The notes: a model not told the origin generated them from the sequence alone. A DNA stretch of 64,000 bases from Pseudomonadota bacterium (GCA_040385995.1 JAZKGI010000067.1:1429-65428), one strand, 5' to 3'. Positions 9,192-20,300 are shown, numbered from the stretch's first letter. Translations and numbers: made by a program.

Positions 9192-11054
9192 CTAGGGCCG
9201 CTGCGCCGCGATCCAGCGCTCGACCTTCGCTTCCAGCAAATGTAAAGGCAGGGTGCCGTCGCTGAGCACCACTTCATGAAAGCGCGGCAGGCTGAAGCGC
9301 TCGCCCAGGGCGGCCACCGCGCGCGCCCGTAATTCGGCGATCTTGAGCGCGCCGATCTTGTAGCCCAATGCTTGCGCCGGCCATGCCATGTAACGCTCGG
9401 TTTCGCTCTTGGCCACGGCGTCGTAACCGAGCGTGTCGCGCATGTACTGGATCGCTTGCTCGCGGCTCCAGCCCTTGGCGTGCAAGCCGGTGTCGACCAC
9501 CAGTCTTGTGGCACGCAGTAACTCGTCGGTCAAATGGCCGACATAGTCGGCCGGATCGCCATACAAGCCCATTTCCTTGCCCAGTGTTTCGGCATACAGG
9601 GCCCAGCCCTCGGTGTAAGCGTTGTTGCCGCCAAACTTACGAAAATTGGGCAAGTTCATCTCTTGCATCAGGGCCAGATGGAAGTGGTGGCCCGGCTGGC
9701 CCTCATGCAGGAACAGGGTGACCATGCCGGTGCTGGGGTAGTGGCGCGGATCGTTGACCACCGACCAAAAAACGCCTGGCCGCGAGCCATCGGCCGCCGG
9801 CGGGGTGTAATGGTCGGCCGCCGTGGCGCGGCTCAGCTCGGGCTCCAGCCGCAAGTCGAGCGGGGTCTTGGGTACCAGGGTAAACAGGGCCGGCAGCTTG
9901 GCCCCCAACGTGCTGTTGAGCTTGCGGTACACGTCTTGGACTTCTTGTTCGGTTGTAAAAGGGTGGAATTTATCCTGGGCCGCGACCCAGGTCGGCAAGC
10001 CGGCCGCCGGCCCGTGGTAACCGAGTTGCGGTCCCAGCAGCGTAAATTGGTCCTGGATGCGCGCCACTTCCTTTAAGCCGATGGCGTGAATCTGTTCCGG
10101 GTTCAAGCTGGTGGTGGTCTGGCTGGCCACCCTGGCCAAGTACCAGGCGGCGCCATTCGGCAACGCGCTCCAGCCGCTGCTGGCGCGGCAGGCGGGCAAG
10201 TATTCGTCGCTCAGGAAGGCGTTCAGTTTGGCCAGGGCCGGCATCAGGCCGTCGCGGATGCTGACCCGGTAGGCGGCGCGCAGACGTTGGCGGTCGGCCG
10301 CCGAAAAGTCGGCCGGAAAGCGCTTCACGGGAGTGTAAAACACGCTCGCTTCCGGGGTGGCGCTGGCCAGTTGGCGCAATTGGGGCAAGGCCGAGCGCAT
10401 GATCGAGGCCGGTTGCACCACCCCTTGCGCGATGCCGGCGCGCAGGTTGGCGATGGCTTGGTCAAGCCAGGCCGGCAGCTGGTCCAGGCGGTGCAGATAA
10501 TCCTGATACTGTTTCACCGTCAGCAGCGGTTGCGCGCCTTCGCCGCCCGCGTAATTGGCCAGCGTCACGGGCAAGCTATCCATCTGATTGAGCGGCAGCA
10601 AATGCTCGGGGAAGGGCGCGAACGACAGAACGCTGCCCAACTCGTAGCGCAAGATGTCGTAATTGGTGCGCTCCTTGTCGTTGAGCGCCGAGCGCGCGAT
10701 GGCCGCCAGGCGCCGGCTGAACTGGCGGTAGCGGGCGAACTGTTGGCGGCGCACGGCCGGCGCGATACTCATGCCGATCTGGTCGTTAAAACGGCTGTCG
10801 CCGCTGTCGGTGGCGGCCACCGGTTCGTAGCGGGCCAGCGCGTCGTAATAGGCGTCGGCCAGCGTTTGCAGGCGGCGCCCGGCGGGGGTGGACGGGGCGC
10901 CGGCCGGCGTGGCGGCCACAGCCGGGGTCAGCGCCGCAGCCACGGCAGCCGCCGCTGGCGGGACCGCTGGCGCGGCCGGCTCGGCGGCGCCGGCGGCGCC
11001 TGACATGAAGACGGCGGCGAGCAAGGCGCCGGACAGGAAGGAGCGATGTTTCAT
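9192..11054 (-). CDS. DUF885 family protein (putative secreted metallopeptidase-like)
   Basis: Signal peptide MKHRSFLSGALLAAVFMSGAAGA. HEGQPGHHFH motif and overall length are typical of DUF885. Confidence 0.8.
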   Translation of the reverse strand: MKHRSFLSGALLAAVFMSGAAGAAEPAAPAVPPAAAAVAAALTPAVAATPAGAPSTPAGRRLQTLADAYYDALARYEPVAATDSGDSRFNDQIGMSIAPAVRRQQFARYRQFSRRLAAIARSALNDKERTNYDILRYELGSVLSFAPFPEHLLPLNQMDSLPVTLANYAGGEGAQPLLTVKQYQDYLHRLDQLPAWLDQAIANLRAGIAQGVVQPASIMRSALPQLRQLASATPEASVFYTPVKRFPADFSAADRQRLRAAYRVSIRDGLMPALAKLNAFLSDEYLPACRASSGWSALPNGAAWYLARVASQTTTSLNPEQIHAIGLKEVARIQDQFTLLGPQLGYHGPAAGLPTWVAAQDKFHPFTTEQEVQDVYRKLNSTLGAKLPALFTLVPKTPLDLRLEPELSRATAADHYTPPAADGSRPGVFWSVVNDPRHYPSTGMVTLFLHEGQPGHHFHLALMQEMNLPNFRKFGGNNAYTEGWALYAETLGKEMGLYGDPADYVGHLTDELLRATRLVVDTGLHAKGWSREQAIQYMRDTLGYDAVAKSETERYMAWPAQALGYKIGALKIAELRARAVAALGERFSLPRFHEVVLSDGTLPLHLLEAKVERWIAAQRP

Positions 11055-11175
11055 GTGTGATCTTCTGGTGTAAGTGAACAGGAAATAGGCGGCATCAGGC
11101 CGGCGGCGCCGATGCGCTCACGCGGCCAGGCGGGGCGAGTTGTTGTATCACGAATATAGCGGTCTGTCCCGCTGT

Positions 11176-12294
11176 CTATTTGGCATCGGCCGGCACGCTG
11201 GCCAGCACCGCCTGCCAGTCCAGCGCGATCGGGCGGCAGGCGGGGCAGGGCTGGGCGGCCAGCATGGCGTCGGCTTGGCCGATGCGCTCGGCCGTGAGCG
11301 GATGCGAGGCCAGCCAGGCAGGCCCCTCCCCGGCCTGACCCGCCTCCCGCGCGCGTTGTTGCAGCGTGCGGAAAAAGGCCGGCATCCCGACCGGGCTGAC
11401 GCCGGCGCGCAGCAGGGCTTGGAAACCGAGCCGGTCCGCCTCCTGCTCCAGTTCCCGGCTGAAATAGGTGCTGCCCAACTGATGCGCGAGCGCGGCCGCC
11501 ACCGCGCTGACATCGCCCACCGTCAGAGCGAGCACGGCGGCCAATCCCAGGTTGCCGATCATGTGCCGTAGCGCATGGCGCCGTTCGATGTGTTGCACTT
11601 CATGGGCCAGCACGGCGGCCAGCTCGCCGCCGTTGGCGGTGGCGCGCAGCAAGCCGCTATGCACCACCACGATCCCGCCCGGTATGGCGTACGCGTTCAA
11701 ACTGGGGTCGCGCTGGATGATCCAGCGGTAACTGTAGGGCGAGCCGGCGGTGAGCCGGCCGCCGATGTGGTGCAGCGCGGCCTGGGCCGGGCCGCTGTCG
11801 ATCAGGCTGGCACGCGCGCGCAACTGGATTAGCATGGCCTGGCCCAGCTTTTGCTCGAACGACAGCGGCAGCCGGCGCGCCAGCGCCTCCGTCAGACGCG
11901 GTGCGCCTTGCCACAGGGCCCACCCGAGCGCCAGCGCCACCAGCAGCAACAGGGCGCCGGCCGCGCCCAGCCACATCCAGGTCTGGCGCACATGGTCGCC
12001 GCGCGCCTGCCACTGCGCGCAGTGGGCTTGCAGCGCGGGCGGGGCGCTGGCGCACAAGGTTACGCGGTCGGCCTCGCCGGCCGGGGCCAGCGAGCAGGGA
12101 CGCCGATCCGGGTCCAGCCAATTCAAACGCAGCTCGGGCCGCTCCAAGCCGCCCACGCTCACCACCAGCGCGGCGGCGTCCAGCCGCAGGCCGGCCTGCT
12201 CGGCCACCAGGTGCCCGTGCTCGAAGCGGGCCGTCACGGCCAGACCCGCGGCCGGCTGGGCCGGGCCGAACAAGCGCGCATTGAAGTTTTGCAT
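11176..12294 (-). CDS. M48 family metallopeptidase
   Basis: HEVQH (HExxH) motif within AAVLAHEVQHIERRHALRHM, a TM segment and a TPR-less C-terminus. Confidence 0.8.
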   Translation of the reverse strand: MQNFNARLFGPAQPAAGLAVTARFEHGHLVAEQAGLRLDAAALVVSVGGLERPELRLNWLDPDRRPCSLAPAGEADRVTLCASAPPALQAHCAQWQARGDHVRQTWMWLGAAGALLLLVALALGWALWQGAPRLTEALARRLPLSFEQKLGQAMLIQLRARASLIDSGPAQAALHHIGGRLTAGSPYSYRWIIQRDPSLNAYAIPGGIVVVHSGLLRATANGGELAAVLAHEVQHIERRHALRHMIGNLGLAAVLALTVGDVSAVAAALAHQLGSTYFSRELEQEADRLGFQALLRAGVSPVGMPAFFRTLQQRAREAGQAGEGPAWLASHPLTAERIGQADAMLAAQPCPACRPIALDWQAVLASVPADAK

Positions 12295-12400
12295 GAAGGG
12301 CTTCCTTAAAATAAAAGCAAGAGCTGGCCGGCTTATGCCTGTGGTTTATAGCAGAAGTGTGCCAGAATCGAAGCCCATTCCACTTGCCCCCTTGTCGATC

Positions 12401-13030
12401 ATGCGTTTGCTCCCCCTTGTAGTCGGATTGCTGTGTTCCACCGCCGTCCAGGCCGCCGAGATCAGCCTGCTTGGCTTATTTTCCGGTAAAGCCATGCTGG
12501 TGGTCGACGGCGCCGCGCCCAAGACCTACAAGGTGGGCGAGAACCTGGCCGATGGCAGCAAATTGGTGGCGGTGGGCGACGGTTTCGTCACGGTCGAGGA
12601 AAACCGCAAGCGCTACACCATCGCCCTGGGCCAGTACGTGGGCCGCAGCGGCGCTGGCGGACAGCAAAAGATCAGCCTGGCGCCGGACGAGCGCGGCCAT
12701 TACATGACGAATGGCCAGATCAACGGCCAGCCGGCCCGCATGATGGTCGACACCGGCGCCACCATGGTGGTGCTGCCGGCGGCCGACGCGGTGCGCATGG
12801 GGATCGATTATAAGAAAGGCGGGCGCGGCTTTTCCAACACCGCCAACGGCCCGGTGCCGGTATACGTGGTGCGGCTGGACCGGGTGCGGGTGGGCGAGGT
12901 GGAGCTCAATCAGATCGAGGGCATGGTGCAAGAGAGCGGCTTGCCCATCATCTTGCTGGGCAATTCCTTCCTGAACCGCTTCGACCTCCAGCGCGAAGGC
13001 GGGCAGTTGACCCTGACCAAACGCTACTAG
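12401..13030 (+). CDS. Retropepsin-like clan AA aspartic protease (TIGR02281-type)
   Basis: Internal ATG at 12401 gives the signal peptide MRLLPLVVGLLCSTAVQA. GHYMTNGQINGQPARMMVDTGATMVVL contains the DTGA active-site motif. The upstream part of ORF 11750..13030 is antisense to the M48 gene. Confidence 0.8.
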   Translation: MRLLPLVVGLLCSTAVQAAEISLLGLFSGKAMLVVDGAAPKTYKVGENLADGSKLVAVGDGFVTVEENRKRYTIALGQYVGRSGAGGQQKISLAPDERGHYMTNGQINGQPARMMVDTGATMVVLPAADAVRMGIDYKKGGRGFSNTANGPVPVYVVRLDRVRVGEVELNQIEGMVQESGLPIILLGNSFLNRFDLQREGGQLTLTKRY

Positions 13031-13044
13031 CTTATTGAGGTCTA

Positions 13045-14247
13045 TTAGGCGCGGCGCGCCGGGCCCGGCGCCCGCGCGCCGATTTCGGCCAGGCCGCTCT
13101 CGTACAAGGCCGCCACCAGGTCCGACTGCGTCACCATGCCGGCGAAACGGGCCTCGCCATCGACCACGGCGATCTGGTGCAGACCGGAATTGGCCATCAG
13201 CGGCACCAGGTCGGTGATCGGGGTGCCGATGCCCACCGTGCGCGGGCGCGCCGCCATGATCTGGCCCACCACCTCGGCCTTGTCCGAGTGAGTGAAAGGG
13301 CTGGGCCGCAGAAAGTGCCGCAATTGCGCGCGCAAGCCGCGGTAATCGTCGATCCCGCCATGGCGCAGGAAGTCGCTCTGGGTCGCCATGCCGATCACGC
13401 GCCGGGCCCGGTTCAACACGGGCAGGGCGCTGATGCGGTGCTCGCGCATCAGGCGCCAGGCCGCCTCCAATCCCGCGCCGAATTCGGCGCTGATGATGTC
13501 TTTCGACATGATGTCGGCGCAGGTGATGACGCCGAAGCGTCGCTGATGGGCTTGCATTTCCGTTTGCAGGAACAAGGTGGCCAGCTCGTCGCGACTGATG
13601 TCGATCACCTGGCCGTAACGCGCCAGTACGGCGTCCAGGTCGGCGCTGGTAAAGCCCAGCCGTTCGGTGGGCGCGGCGTCGCGCGTGGCATGCAGGCTGT
13701 GCTGGGTTTGCGGCGGCGTCTGCCGGTGCGGATAGCGTTTGCCGCTCAGGTTGTTGTACACGATGGCGCCGGCCACCAGCAGCAGCGTGTTTGCGCCGGC
13801 CGGCGCGAACGCGAAGCCGTAGCCGGCCGCGTGGATGGCCGGCCCGCCCAGCACGGCCGTGAGCGCCACCGCGCCGCCGGGCGGATGCAGGCAGCGCAAG
13901 GCGAACATGGCGCCGATCGCCAGCGCGCCGGCCAGCGCCGCCACGGCCGGCCCGTCGCCCAGATAGCGGGCGCAGCTGATACCCACCAGGGCCGAGATGA
14001 CATTGCCTCCGATCACGGACCAGGGCTGGGCCAGCGGGCTGGCCGGCAGACAAAACAGCAACACCGCCGAGGCGCCCATGGGCGCGATCAAGACCACGCC
14101 CCGGGGACCCAGCCAGACCAGGCTGAGCAAACCGGTCAGCAGCAGGCCGCACAGGGCGCCCAGGCCGGCCCGCCACTGTTCGCCGCGGCTGGCGCCGCTG
14201 GGCGCCGGCCACCAGCGGCCCAGCCGCTTGAAGTCGTGCCGCCGCAT
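13045..14247 (-). CDS. HPP family membrane protein fused to a CBS-domain pair
   Basis: LHPPGGAVALT (HPP motif) in a multi-TM N-terminal half. The C-terminal tandem CBS pattern includes IMSKDIISAEF... and RISALPVL.... Confidence 0.8.
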   Translation of the reverse strand: MRRHDFKRLGRWWPAPSGASRGEQWRAGLGALCGLLLTGLLSLVWLGPRGVVLIAPMGASAVLLFCLPASPLAQPWSVIGGNVISALVGISCARYLGDGPAVAALAGALAIGAMFALRCLHPPGGAVALTAVLGGPAIHAAGYGFAFAPAGANTLLLVAGAIVYNNLSGKRYPHRQTPPQTQHSLHATRDAAPTERLGFTSADLDAVLARYGQVIDISRDELATLFLQTEMQAHQRRFGVITCADIMSKDIISAEFGAGLEAAWRLMREHRISALPVLNRARRVIGMATQSDFLRHGGIDDYRGLRAQLRHFLRPSPFTHSDKAEVVGQIMAARPRTVGIGTPITDLVPLMANSGLHQIAVVDGEARFAGMVTQSDLVAALYESGLAEIGARAPGPARRA

Positions 14248-14249
14248 GC

Positions 14250-14735
14250 TTAAGCGGGCAAGCCGTGCGAAATGAGCTCCAGCGGCAGCGCCGTGCTGCT
14301 CTTGATCTGCTCCATCGAAAAGGCCGACGAGATGCCGCTTAACTGCGACACTTTGATCAATTTCTTGTAAAACACGTCATAGCCGCCGATGTCGGTGGTG
14401 ACCACCTTCAGCAGATAATCGACGTCGCCGCTCATGCGGTGAAATTCCTGCACCTCGGGCAGGGCCACCACGGCGGCGGCGAAGCGCTCCAGCCATTTTT
14501 CGTCGTGCTCGCTGGTGCGCACGCTGACGAACACCGTCACCGGCAAGCCCACTTTTTGCCGGTTGACGATGGCCACCCGGCTCAAGATATAGCCCTCCTC
14601 CTCCAAGCGTTTCACGCGTTTCCAGCACGGGGTGCTGGACAGGCCCACCCTCTCGCTGAGGGCGGCGATCGACAAGGTGCCGTCGGTTTGTAGGGCGGAG
14701 AGAATGGCGCAGTCGAACTTGTCAAGTGAATTCAT
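14250..14735 (-). CDS. Lrp/AsnC family transcriptional regulator
   Basis: LDKFDCAILSALQTDGTLSIAALSERVGLSSTPCWKRVKRLEEEGYI HTH plus a RAM/ACT-like C-terminus. The stop lies 2 nt before the HPP/CBS start, giving operon arrangement. Confidence 0.9.
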   Translation of the reverse strand: MNSLDKFDCAILSALQTDGTLSIAALSERVGLSSTPCWKRVKRLEEEGYILSRVAIVNRQKVGLPVTVFVSVRTSEHDEKWLERFAAAVVALPEVQEFHRMSGDVDYLLKVVTTDIGGYDVFYKKLIKVSQLSGISSAFSMEQIKSSTALPLELISHGLPA

Positions 14736-14842
14736 ATTCGATTTCTAAATTATATAGAACAGGCGTTCTCGATATTACCGCAAAACCGTAAAGTTTTGGA
14801 ATAACTTAGCGGGTCAAACGGGCTAGACTGGTCGCCTTCGCC

Positions 14843-17011
14843 ATGGCCCCCGCCATGGCCGGCGCCATCGCCATGTTGGCTGGCGCCGTAGCGACCACCG
14901 CCACCGATATCATGCACACTGAAATTTACCTCGACAGCAACGCCACCACGCCCGTGCTGCCGGCCGCCGCCGCCGCCGCCCTGCACGCCATGGCCCAAGG
15001 CTTCGGCAATCCCAGCAGCACCCATGCCAGCGGCATGCGGGCGCGCGCCATGATCACGGCCGTGCGCCAGCGCGCCCAGCGGCTGCTGGGGGTGGGCGCC
15101 GGCCAACTGATGTTCAATAGCGGCGCCACCGAAGGGATACAGACGGCGGTGCTGTCGGCATTGTGCGCGTTGCGCGAACGCCAGTCCAGTGGCGCACGGA
15201 TCGGTTCCCTGTTGCTGTACGGGGCCACCGAGCACAAGGCCGTGCCGGAAGCGCTGGCGCACTGGAACCGCCTGCTGGGACTGGGGCTGGAGGTGCGCGC
15301 GCTCCCGGTCGACCAGGACGGCCGCCACGATCTGGGCGTGTTGCGCGCGCTGGCCGGCCAGACCGCCCTGCTGTGCACCATGGCCGCCAACAACGAGACC
15401 GGGGTGCTGTCCGACCTGGCCGGCATCGAGCGCGTCTTGCACGACAGCGACAGCGCCGCTTACTGGCTGGTCGACTGCGTGCAGGCACTGGGCAAGCTGG
15501 CGCTCAACCTGTGCGCCACCCGCATCGATTACGCGCCGTTTTCAGGCCACAAACTGTACGCGCCGAAAGGGGTGGGCATGTTGTACGTGCGCGCCGGCGC
15601 CCCGTTTACCGCCTTGATGATGGGCGGCGGCCAGGAGAACGGCTTGCGCTCGGGCACCGAGAACATGGCCGGCGTGGCCGCCCTGGGCGCGGTGCTGGCG
15701 GCGCTGGAGGAGGGCGTGGGGTTCGCCTCGCACGCCACCATGGCGCAATGGCGCATGCAGCTGGCGGCCAGCTTGCGGCGGGCTTTGCCGGGCATCGTGT
15801 TTAACGCGCCGTTCGCCCTGTCGCTGCCGACCACGCTCAACTTTTCCGTGCCCGGCTTGACCGGCCGCGAACTGCTCGACTTGTTCGACGCGGCCGGCAT
15901 CCGGCTCAGCGGCGGCAGCGCCTGCTCGGCGGCGCAATCGGTGCCCAGCCCCGTGTTGGATGCGATGGGCTTGCCGCTCTGGCGCAGCGGCGCGGCGATC
16001 CGCCTGTCGTTCGGCGGCATGACCAGCGCGGCCGAGATCGCGGCCGCCTGCGCCCGCATCGAGCGCTGCGGCGCCGCCCTGGAGGCCGGCGGGCCGCTGG
16101 CGTCGGACATTCCGGCCGAGCGGCGCGACGGCGCCTTGCGCTTTGGCGCCGGCGACGCCTCGAGCTGGCTGATCAGCGACGCGGCCAGCGCCGGCTGCAT
16201 CATTATCGACCCCTTGCCGGCGCTGGCCGGCCGGCTGGCCGAGCATGTGCGCGGCCACGGTTACCGGGTGCTGGCCCTGCTCTACACCAGTTTGGGCGAG
16301 GATGGCGGCGCCGCGCGCCGGGCCCTGGCCCAGATTTTGAACGAACAGTGCGTCGATGGCGCCGCCGGCGACGAGCTGGGCTGGCCTAACCGGTCGCGCA
16401 AGGTGACCCTGGGCGACGGCGGCGCGGCCCCCGCCCTGGTGCTGGGCCGGCTGCTGCTGGCGCGCTGCGCGCAGGCCGACGGCCGCGCCGCCTATCTGCT
16501 GGGCGACGCCGCGCGCGGCACGCTGGTGGCGCAACTGGGCTTCATCGGCGAGCTGGCGCCGGCCGCGCTGGCGCCCGGCCTGCTGGGCGACGATACCGTG
16601 CTGTGCGCCCGACGCGATCCGCTGGGACTGATCTGCACCAGCTTGCGCGCCGAGCGCCTCACGCCGGCGACCCGCCCGGACGGCGAGCTCGCGTGCGACG
16701 ATATCGCCGCCTTTTTCGCCGCCCATCCGCACGCCGTGCTGGTCGATGTGCGCGAGCCCTACGAGCACATGGCCGGCGGCGGCCTCGGTCCGGGCGGGCG
16801 GCCGGCCATCAACGTGCCGCTCGGGCGTCTGGCCTCGCGCCTGGGCCAGTGGCTGGAGCAGGCGCCGGTGCCGCTGGTGTTTTTTTGCCGCGGCGGCAAC
16901 CGCAGCGCCAAGGCGGCCGCCTGTTTGCACCGGCTCGGTTACCGTCAGGCCTACCATGTGGCGGGCGGCCTGGCGCTGTGCGCGCCCATCCCCGAGGCGA
17001 CAGGCTGCTAG
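14843..17011 (+). CDS. Cysteine desulfurase (class V aminotransferase) - degenerate MBL-like domain - rhodanese fusion
   Basis: The NifS/IscS-like N-terminus has IYLDSNATTP, SGHKLYAPKGVG (PLP Lys) and GGSACSA (Cys loop). The middle segment SWLISD..CIIIDP...ALLYTSLGEDGG resembles an MBL fold lacking HxHxDH. The C-terminal rhodanese has active-site CRGGNRS. The start is uncertain (alternative ATG at 14912). Confidence 0.75.
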   Translation: MAPAMAGAIAMLAGAVATTATDIMHTEIYLDSNATTPVLPAAAAAALHAMAQGFGNPSSTHASGMRARAMITAVRQRAQRLLGVGAGQLMFNSGATEGIQTAVLSALCALRERQSSGARIGSLLLYGATEHKAVPEALAHWNRLLGLGLEVRALPVDQDGRHDLGVLRALAGQTALLCTMAANNETGVLSDLAGIERVLHDSDSAAYWLVDCVQALGKLALNLCATRIDYAPFSGHKLYAPKGVGMLYVRAGAPFTALMMGGGQENGLRSGTENMAGVAALGAVLAALEEGVGFASHATMAQWRMQLAASLRRALPGIVFNAPFALSLPTTLNFSVPGLTGRELLDLFDAAGIRLSGGSACSAAQSVPSPVLDAMGLPLWRSGAAIRLSFGGMTSAAEIAAACARIERCGAALEAGGPLASDIPAERRDGALRFGAGDASSWLISDAASAGCIIIDPLPALAGRLAEHVRGHGYRVLALLYTSLGEDGGAARRALAQILNEQCVDGAAGDELGWPNRSRKVTLGDGGAAPALVLGRLLLARCAQADGRAAYLLGDAARGTLVAQLGFIGELAPAALAPGLLGDDTVLCARRDPLGLICTSLRAERLTPATRPDGELACDDIAAFFAAHPHAVLVDVREPYEHMAGGGLGPGGRPAINVPLGRLASRLGQWLEQAPVPLVFFCRGGNRSAKAAACLHRLGYRQAYHVAGGLALCAPIPEATGC

Positions 17012-17358
17012 TGGCCCACGGTCCGGCCGCCCGCCCCGGCCGGATTACTACCGAAACTTACCTGCCATTGGCGCGCCGCGCGCATGGCCGGCGCCGCCGG
17101 CCAGCGCCGGCCGCGCCCTGTTTCTTATAGCGCGGCAACTGTCGTTTAACTTCCGCCAACAAAGTGCCCCGATGCCGGTTTTCCGCGCATAAAGTGACCG
17201 TGATTTACTCAAGTGTTCGTTAGCGCACAGTCATCACCCGGCCTAAGCACTACGATTCCTCCAAGAACCAATTTCCCATTCTAAGATTCGTTGCATCTCG
17301 CTTCATCGGCGCGTGACGGCGAACTGCCGCGTCCTGGTACGCGTACAAGCGAGGTCCT

Positions 17359-20300
17359 ATGTTGAAAGAGTACTCAAAATTCGTGGCGCACCGGTTTATC
17401 GACTGGAAAGACGCGCTATCGGGCGGTCTGGCCGTCGATCAAGAAATGGCCGACGATCTGCCGCTGCGCGCCGAGTTGTTTAGCGCGATGCAAATGGCGG
17501 CCCACGGCAAGACCCTGGCCGCCTCGCACCAGCTGGGCACGCGCGGCGGCGCCGACCGCCTGCTGGCGCGCCTGGCCGACAATGGCAGCGTGATCACCAC
17601 CACCGTCAACGACTTGACCACCGCGGTCAAAAACGGGCGCCAGATCACACCCGCCTCCGAGTGGCTGCTCGACAATTTTTACCTGATAGAAGAGCAGATC
17701 CGCACCGCCAAGCGGCATTTGCCTAAAAATTACAGCAAGCAATTGCCCCGTCTGGGCAAAGGCCCGGCTGAAGGTTGCCCGCGGGTTTATAAAATCGCGC
17801 TTGAAATCATTTCGCATGGCGATGGCCGGGTCGACCCGGAAAGCCTGTGCCGCTTCGTGGAAGCCTATCAGGAAGTGGCCACCCTGCAATTGGGCGAGCT
17901 GTGGGCCATTCCCATCATGCTGCGCCTGGCGCTCATCGAAAACCTGCGCCGGGTGGCCGCGCGGGTGGCGGAAAACCGCATGCAGCGCGACCTGGCCAAC
18001 ACCTGGGCCGACCAGATGACCGAGATCGCCGACAGCAATCCGAGCGGCTTGATCTTGCTGGTGGCCGACATGGCCCGTTCCAACCCGCCCGTCACCAGCG
18101 CCTTCGTGGCCGAGCTGGCGCGCCGCCTGCAAGGCCAGAGCCCGGCCTTGACCTTGGCCCTGTCCTGGGTCACCCACCGTTTGGCCGAATCGGGCTTGAC
18201 CATCGAGCAGCAAATCCAGGCCGAGATCCAGCAGCAGGCGACCGAACAGGTGTCGATCGCCAATAGCATCGGCAGCCTGCGCTTTCTGGGCACCATGGAT
18301 TGGCAAGAATTCGTCGAAACCATGAGCGTGGTCGAGCACACCCTGCGGCTCGACCCGGCCGGCGTGTACGCCAGGATGGAGTTTTCCACCCGCGACCAGT
18401 ACCGCCATGTGATCGAGCGCGTCGCCAAGCATAGCGCGCGCTCGGAGCTGGAAGTGGCCGAACTGGTGCTGCAATTGGCGCGCGCCCACGCGCCTGACAC
18501 GCGCAACGGCCACGTCGGGTTTTACCTGATCGGGCGCGGCGTGCGGCTGCTGGAAAAGCAAGCCGGCGTGCGTCTGCCGCCGGTGCAGGCGCTGGAACAA
18601 ACGGCGCGCGCCGCGCCGCTGGCCGTGTATCTGGGCGCGATCGCCTTGCTGACCCTGGTGGTCAGCGCGCTGTTGCTCGAACGCGCCATGCGCGAGGGCG
18701 TGCACGGTTGGCAGCTGGGGGCGCTGGCGCTGCTGGCCGTGATCGGCACCAGCCAGTTGGCGGTGTCGCTGGTCAATTGGGTGGCCACCCTGATCACCAC
18801 CCCGCATCCGCTGCCGCGCATGGATTTCAAGAGCGGCATCCCGGCCGACGGCCGGGCCATGGTGGTGGTGCCCACCCTGATCTACAGCCGCGACAACGTG
18901 GCCGATTTGTGCGAGGCGATCGAGGTGCGCTACCTGGCTAACCGGGACGACAATCTGCGCTTTTGCCTGCTCACCGATTTCGCCGACGCCGGCGCCGAGG
19001 TAATGCCGGACGACGCCGCCCTGCTCGAGCAGGTCGGCCAGGAGATCGGCCGGCTCAATGAAAAATACCGCGGCGAGAGCAGCGCCGACGGCAGCGGCGG
19101 CCCGTTCTTGCTGCTGCACCGCCCGCGCACCTGGAATCCGCACGAAAAAGCCTGGATGGGCGAGGAGCGCAAGCGCGGCAAGCTGTCCGATTTGAACCAC
19201 TTCCTGCGCGGCGGCGCGCGCGAGAAATTCTCGCTGGTGGTGGGCAGCACCGACGGCCTGGCCAGCATCAAATATGTGATCACGCTCGACACCGACACCC
19301 AGCTGCCGCGCGATTCGGCGCGCCAGTTCATCGCCACCATGCTCCATCCGCTGAACCGGCCCCAGTTCGATCCCGCCGGTCGGCGCGTGGTGGCCGGCTA
19401 CGGCATCTTGCAGCCGCGCGTGGCGGTCAGCCTGCCAAGCGAAAACGCCTCGCGTTACGAACAGCTGTGCGGCGGCGAGCCGGGCATCGACCCCTACACC
19501 CGCACCGTGTCCGACCTGTATCAGGACGTGTTTTACGAAGGCTCCTTCATCGGCAAGGGCATCTACGATGTCGACGCCTTCGAACAAGTGCTGGGCGGAC
19601 GCCTGCCCGACAACCAGATCCTCAGCCACGACCTGCTGGAAGGCTGCTATCTGCGCGCCGGCCTGCTGAGCGACTCCCAATTGTATGAAGAATACCCGGC
19701 CAAATATAGCGACGACGTGAACCGGCGCCAGCGCTGGATTCGAGGCGACTGGCAACTGATCGGCTGGCTGTTCGGGCGCGTGCCCGGCCACGGCGGCAAG
19801 CGCGAACCGAATCCCTTGACGGCCCTGTCGCGCTGGAAGCTGTTCGACAATTTGCGCCGCAGCCTGGTCTCGCCCGTGCTCACCCTGTCCCTGCTGCTGG
19901 TGTGGGCGGCGCTGCCCGAGGGCGTGTTCTGGACCTGCGTGGTGTTCGGCGTGATCTTCCTGCCGCCGCTGGTGGTGGCGCTGTACGACCTGGTGAAAAA
20001 ACCGCGCGACACCTTGTGGGCCCAGCATATGGCGGCCTGGCAGCGCCGTAGCGGCCTGCATTTTTCGCACGCCATCCTGACCCTGGTGTTCCTGCCCTAC
20101 GAAGCGTACTTCAGCGCCGACGCCATCGTGCGCACGCTGTGGCGCGTGCTGGTATCGCGCAAGCATTTGCTGGAGTGGCGCGCCTCCGGCCTGGCCCGTT
20201 CCGGCGCCGGCCTGGCAGGCAGCTGGCGCACCATGTGGTTCTCGGTCGCGCTGGCCGTGAGCACCGGGGCCGCCCTGTTCGTGTGGCGGCGCGAGGTGTT

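Noticed and set aside
11750-12400. Upstream extension of the aspartic protease ORF (426 aa); also the 578-aa ORF 12476..14212 and the 358-aa ORF 13177..14253
   Set aside because: The extension overlaps the M48 gene in antisense. The other two overlap the protease and HPP/CBS genes. All have low-complexity Arg/Pro/Ala composition. The internal ATG at 12401 gives a proper signal peptide.
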